From an uncultured Nitrospina sp. (lineage in GTDB: Bacteria; Nitrospinota; Nitrospinia; Nitrospinales; VA-1), in the NCBI GenBank assembly GCA_964510965.1, contig CAZECX010000001.1:13582-77581 (forward strand): 64,000 bases of DNA, written 5' to 3'. The position numbers were made by a program, and so were the translations under genes. Below are positions 60,863 through 64,000 of this stretch, in pieces (the stretch's first letter is position 1; each line of letters starts with the position of its first letter). The notes beneath the pieces are model-generated. The model was not told where the DNA came from. It did not search any database and saw nothing but the letters and a program-made list of their open reading frames with translations.

Positions 60863-61851
60863 CTTGCCATTTCTCTTTTATTCATTTCCTGGACCCACTC
60901 CATAACCACATAGTCCATCCATCGGCGATCCCCATAGGGAGTTATTGTTTTGGAAATATAACCCATATGTCCACCTCCCTGAGGTTGACAAAAATCTACG
61001 TTACTAGAAAGATTGCTGAAAACTTCCGGGGGCACAAAAGGATCGTCTAAAGAGCATAAAATCGATGTGGTTTTCTTGATATTTTTCAGGTAATTTTTAC
61101 CACTGCATTGATCATAATAATCATGCACATCTTTGTATCCTCCGGCGGGCGCGGTATAACTAACATCAAAATCCCAGATCGTGTTCAAGTTTTTGCCGGG
61201 GTCCACCGCCTTTGGAAAATTTTTTTTTAAAGCCTCGGCTTGATTTCCAATCAATTTCATATAGTAACGATTAAACAACCAGCAGGAAGGATGGGTGGAA
61301 AGGATATGGCTGGCAATACGCAAATCAATGGGAGGGTTCACCGCTAACGCGCCTATCAGGCCAGAAGGAATAGTTCGGCCTTCACCCAAATATTTTAGAA
61401 GAATATTCCCACTCAAAGAAAAACCAATTATGAGTAGAGAGGAGTGCTTTCCCAATATAAAAGAAACCATCCTATCCAAGTCATCACTAGAACCTCCATT
61501 CCATAGGCTGGAACTAAGCCCCATACCCTGACCACTGCCTCGATGGTTGATCACGAAAACGCCGTATCCCTGAGACCCTAGTTTTGTAGCTATTCTTTTT
61601 ATATAACCCGATTCAGAACACCCTCCCATTCCGTGGGCAAGCATGACGACTGGCTTATCATTATCTCTAGCTTCTATTTCATACAAAATGGATTTTGCAT
61701 CCACACCAAAGTCGATAGTGTAGGAAATTTTTTCTGGGAAGGCCACGGGTATCCCAGGAAATTGTGATCCGGTTATAGTTTGAATAATGCCTCCTCTTAA
61801 CGCAGGGTGAGGAGTAAAAGGCTCCACCAACTTATCGATCTTCAAAAACAT
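60859..61851 (-). CDS. Alpha/beta-fold hydrolase (YheT/ABHD1-3-like)
   Basis: 330 aa. VVMLAHGMGGCSESGYI, INHRGSG, nucleophile elbow GFSLSGN, and a C-terminal GGHMG. Confidence 0.75.
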   Translation of the reverse strand: MFLKIDKLVEPFTPHPALRGGIIQTITGSQFPGIPVAFPEKISYTIDFGVDAKSILYEIEARDNDKPVVMLAHGMGGCSESGYIKRIATKLGSQGYGVFVINHRGSGQGMGLSSSLWNGGSSDDLDRMVSFILGKHSSLLIIGFSLSGNILLKYLGEGRTIPSGLIGALAVNPPIDLRIASHILSTHPSCWLFNRYYMKLIGNQAEALKKNFPKAVDPGKNLNTIWDFDVSYTAPAGGYKDVHDYYDQCSGKNYLKNIKKTTSILCSLDDPFVPPEVFSNLSSNVDFCQPQGGGHMGYISKTITPYGDRRWMDYVVMEWVQEMNKREMAR

Positions 61852-61948
61852 CTCTCCTGGACTGCATATTGACTGGAATTTTTTATACTCTCAAAGTATC
61901 TATTATTATGGCTTTAAATCCAGGTTTTCCTAACTCTTCATGCACTGG

Positions 61949-61977
61949 TTGACACTTTAACAAGGTATTGATACATT
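61949..61977 (+). promoter_or_regulatory. Candidate sigma70-type promoter
   Basis: TTGACA (61949-61954), 17-nt spacer, TACATT (61972-61977), about 64 nt upstream of ATG 62041. Sequence pattern only. Confidence 0.4.
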
Positions 61978-62040
61978 GCAAAATCCATCAATCAAAGACA
62001 AAAAATTAAATATAAACTACTCATAAATCAAAATATTTCT

Positions 62041-63402
62041 ATGCGTTCCATTTCAATATTTCCATTGATCTTTTTCCTTATAGTTTCTTTTGCAGAAGCT
62101 TCCAATTCCGCCCAGGAAGCCGATCTTCATTACAAGAAAGCGGTGAAGCTTAGTCAGCAAAGGCTATGGAAAGATGCTGTCCCAGAATTCATAAAAGCTG
62201 CAAAGCTTCTGCCCAACAAAGGATTGGTTCATGCAAATCTTGGAGTTGCTTTAAGCCAAACAGGAATGTTCAAGGAAGCTCTGTTTTCATTCGACAAAGC
62301 ACTTCAATTGGGCTATGACTCCTCCGGACTTCGTTACAACCGAGGTGTCTCTTTTGCCCGCTTAGATTTAGTCGATGAAGCAATAAAAGAACTTGAAATG
62401 GCATTGAGCCTTGACCGGAGAATGGTGAAAGCAGAATACGATCTCGGTATTTTATACAACCGCCAGGGCAACAGAAAAAAAGCTCAGAAAAAAGTAAACA
62501 CCCTTTTCAAACGCAACAACAAACTGGCAAAGAAATTATTCGATCAGATCATTCCAGACTACAAAGTAATTACAGTAGATAATGGAGGCAGGCTAAAAGG
62601 CCGCGTTAGCCTTACCGGACCGGTCCCTAAAGCCCGGTCTTTTCACTTAGTACATGCCCCGAACATTGAATTTTGTTCGCGCATTTCAGATGGCAAAGGA
62701 CATCGCCTGCTGTTCGATTTTACAGTGTCTAAAAATCGCGGTTTGAAGGACACTATAATTGTCCTAACGGATATTAAGAAAGGAAAACCCTTTCCACAAA
62801 AAATGCAAACATTTCATATAGATCGCTGTCGTGCTAATAATTACATAATTGGCATCAAGAACAGTGAAAACATCCTTATTGAAAACACGGATCCGATTCA
62901 GCATGAGATCGCAACTTATGAAGTCAGGAATATATACTCCGACCAAATTTCTAATCGCCCGGTCATCCCCAAGTCCAGTCAGGTGCGATCTGCTTTCGTC
63001 CGAGCCGATGCAAGCGAGTTCACAATCAAATGTAACCTCCACCCCTTCCTGCAAACTCACGGATATTTGATTGAAAACCCCTATTATACGATAACCGACT
63101 CAAATGGAGATTTTTCCATTGAGAACATCCCTCCCGGAACTTACGAAGTCGTGGCGTGGCACACCTACATACCGCAGAAAAAAGGCACCGTCACCATCAC
63201 CCCTGAAGGTGAGACACAAATTGACTTTGAGTTCAAGGGTGAAGACGAAAGAAGAAAGTTGTACCACGATGATATTGAGGGCTATAGATTCAACACTTGG
63301 TTTGACAGTAAAGAAAAATTTTATGGCGGCCCAAGAATTGATGACCCGATAGAAGAACTTCAGGCCTTCTGCGACAAAGACCATATATGCTCAGATAAAT
63401 AA
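62041..63402 (+). CDS. Secreted TPR / cupredoxin-like / CarboxypepD_reg-like protein
   Basis: Signal peptide, about 4 TPRs, then NTDPIQHE...KCNLHPFLQTHGYL (a His...Cys-x2-His pattern), followed by NPYYTITDSNGDFSIENIPPGTYEVVAWH (carboxypeptidase-regulatory-like beta-sandwich). Confidence 0.5.
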   Translation: MRSISIFPLIFFLIVSFAEASNSAQEADLHYKKAVKLSQQRLWKDAVPEFIKAAKLLPNKGLVHANLGVALSQTGMFKEALFSFDKALQLGYDSSGLRYNRGVSFARLDLVDEAIKELEMALSLDRRMVKAEYDLGILYNRQGNRKKAQKKVNTLFKRNNKLAKKLFDQIIPDYKVITVDNGGRLKGRVSLTGPVPKARSFHLVHAPNIEFCSRISDGKGHRLLFDFTVSKNRGLKDTIIVLTDIKKGKPFPQKMQTFHIDRCRANNYIIGIKNSENILIENTDPIQHEIATYEVRNIYSDQISNRPVIPKSSQVRSAFVRADASEFTIKCNLHPFLQTHGYLIENPYYTITDSNGDFSIENIPPGTYEVVAWHTYIPQKKGTVTITPEGETQIDFEFKGEDERRKLYHDDIEGYRFNTWFDSKEKFYGGPRIDDPIEELQAFCDKDHICSDK

Positions 63403-63407
63403 CACTC

Positions 63408-64000
63408 TTATCCCAGCGTTTTCCTTACCACAACAGCATTGAGCTTATACTCTTGTCTGGCGCGCTCCGCATCCTTTCGCGCTAACTCTTCATTGCTATA
63501 TTTACCTAAAAAAACCCGATACCATTTACCCCCATGGTTCGGCAATTCTGTTTCCATCAGAAAGGAGTCGAAACCTTTTTCTTGCAATTTAATTTTCAAG
63601 GCACCTGCCATTTTTTCATTGCGAAACGAGCTGACTTGAACAGCAAATCGAGGGGCTGTTGAAGGCAATGCTTTATTTTCTTCCTGAACGTTTGCTTTTA
63701 ATTTTAGGTCTGGTTTGGCAGGTTCAACCACCTGTTTTAAAATATTTTTCCCCTGAGTAGGCAAAACAGGAGGTAAAGAAACAGGAAGCATTTCACCATG
63801 CAACCCTACATACTTGGTCATGGTTTTATCTTCCAGGGTTTCAAAAAAGGTAAATTGATGGGAAACGGGTTTTAAAGCCTCCGCTTTATTAATAAGGGAT
63901 TTAGGTTTTACTGCACTCACTTTTTTGCCTACCGCAGGTTTCTCCCATTCCTCCAATAAACCTGACCACAACCCATCCTTAAAATAAAAGGTCGCAGTAG
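63408..64000 (-). CDS. SPOR-domain protein, C-terminal part (gene runs off the right edge)
   Basis: C-terminal SPOR domain FAVQVSSFRNEKMAGALKIKLQEKGFDSFLMETELPNHGGKWYRVFLGKYSNEELARKDAE. The reading frame stays open upstream of 63971 to position 64000. Confidence 0.7.
   Translation of the reverse strand, partial: TATFYFKDGLWSGLLEEWEKPAVGKKVSAVKPKSLINKAEALKPVSHQFTFFETLEDKTMTKYVGLHGEMLPVSLPPVLPTQGKNILKQVVEPAKPDLKLKANVQEENKALPSTAPRFAVQVSSFRNEKMAGALKIKLQEKGFDSFLMETELPNHGGKWYRVFLGKYSNEELARKDAERARQEYKLNAVVVRKTLG

Overview
AT-rich (by eye) chromosomal segment of a diderm (Gram-negative) bacterium; the phylum cannot be assigned from sequence alone. It is densely coding, with about 55 genes. I found no rRNA, tRNA, CRISPR array, transposase, integrase or phage genes. 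Most genes are core housekeeping or envelope functions: pqiAB, fliG, tig, ispG, the yejABEF peptide ABC importer, msrAB, two GT4 glycosyltransferases, lipA, an LptF/G-family permease, pyrG, kdsB, a polyprenyl-phosphate sugar transferase, a YbgF/CpoB-like lipoprotein, a cysteine desulfurase, cysE, scpA, rsmE, serB and rarA. Two signalling islands stand out. (1) 33.8-44.5 kb holds a CHASE2 class-III nucleotide cyclase surrounded by three paralogous cNMP-binding receptor proteins. One receptor is fused to a LuxR HTH. One is a PAS-GGDEF-EAL protein with intact GGDEF and a degenerate EAL. One is a PAS-GGDEF-EAL protein with GGDDF and an intact EAL. A FecR-domain envelope protein and a TPR plus beta-barrel outer-membrane protein sit in the same cluster. 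I read this as a genetically linked cNMP to c-di-GMP/transcription relay with its own envelope sensory accessories, and it is my best candidate for an undescribed system. (2) 50.9-57.7 kb is a four-gene operon: CheY-like receiver, porin, orphan Tat-signal UrtA/AmiC-type binding protein, and a TorS-like hybrid kinase. It looks like a binding-protein-dependent small-amide or urea sensor. Smaller oddities include rarA interrupted by one in-frame TAA at a conserved Glu codon, tandem paralogous small secreted TPR-like proteins, an orphan fliG, a Met-rich membrane protein coupled to a methyltransferase, a Lys-rich tail on the FecR protein, and a few strong hairpins and palindromes. All domain calls come from reading motifs in the supplied translations; no searches were run.
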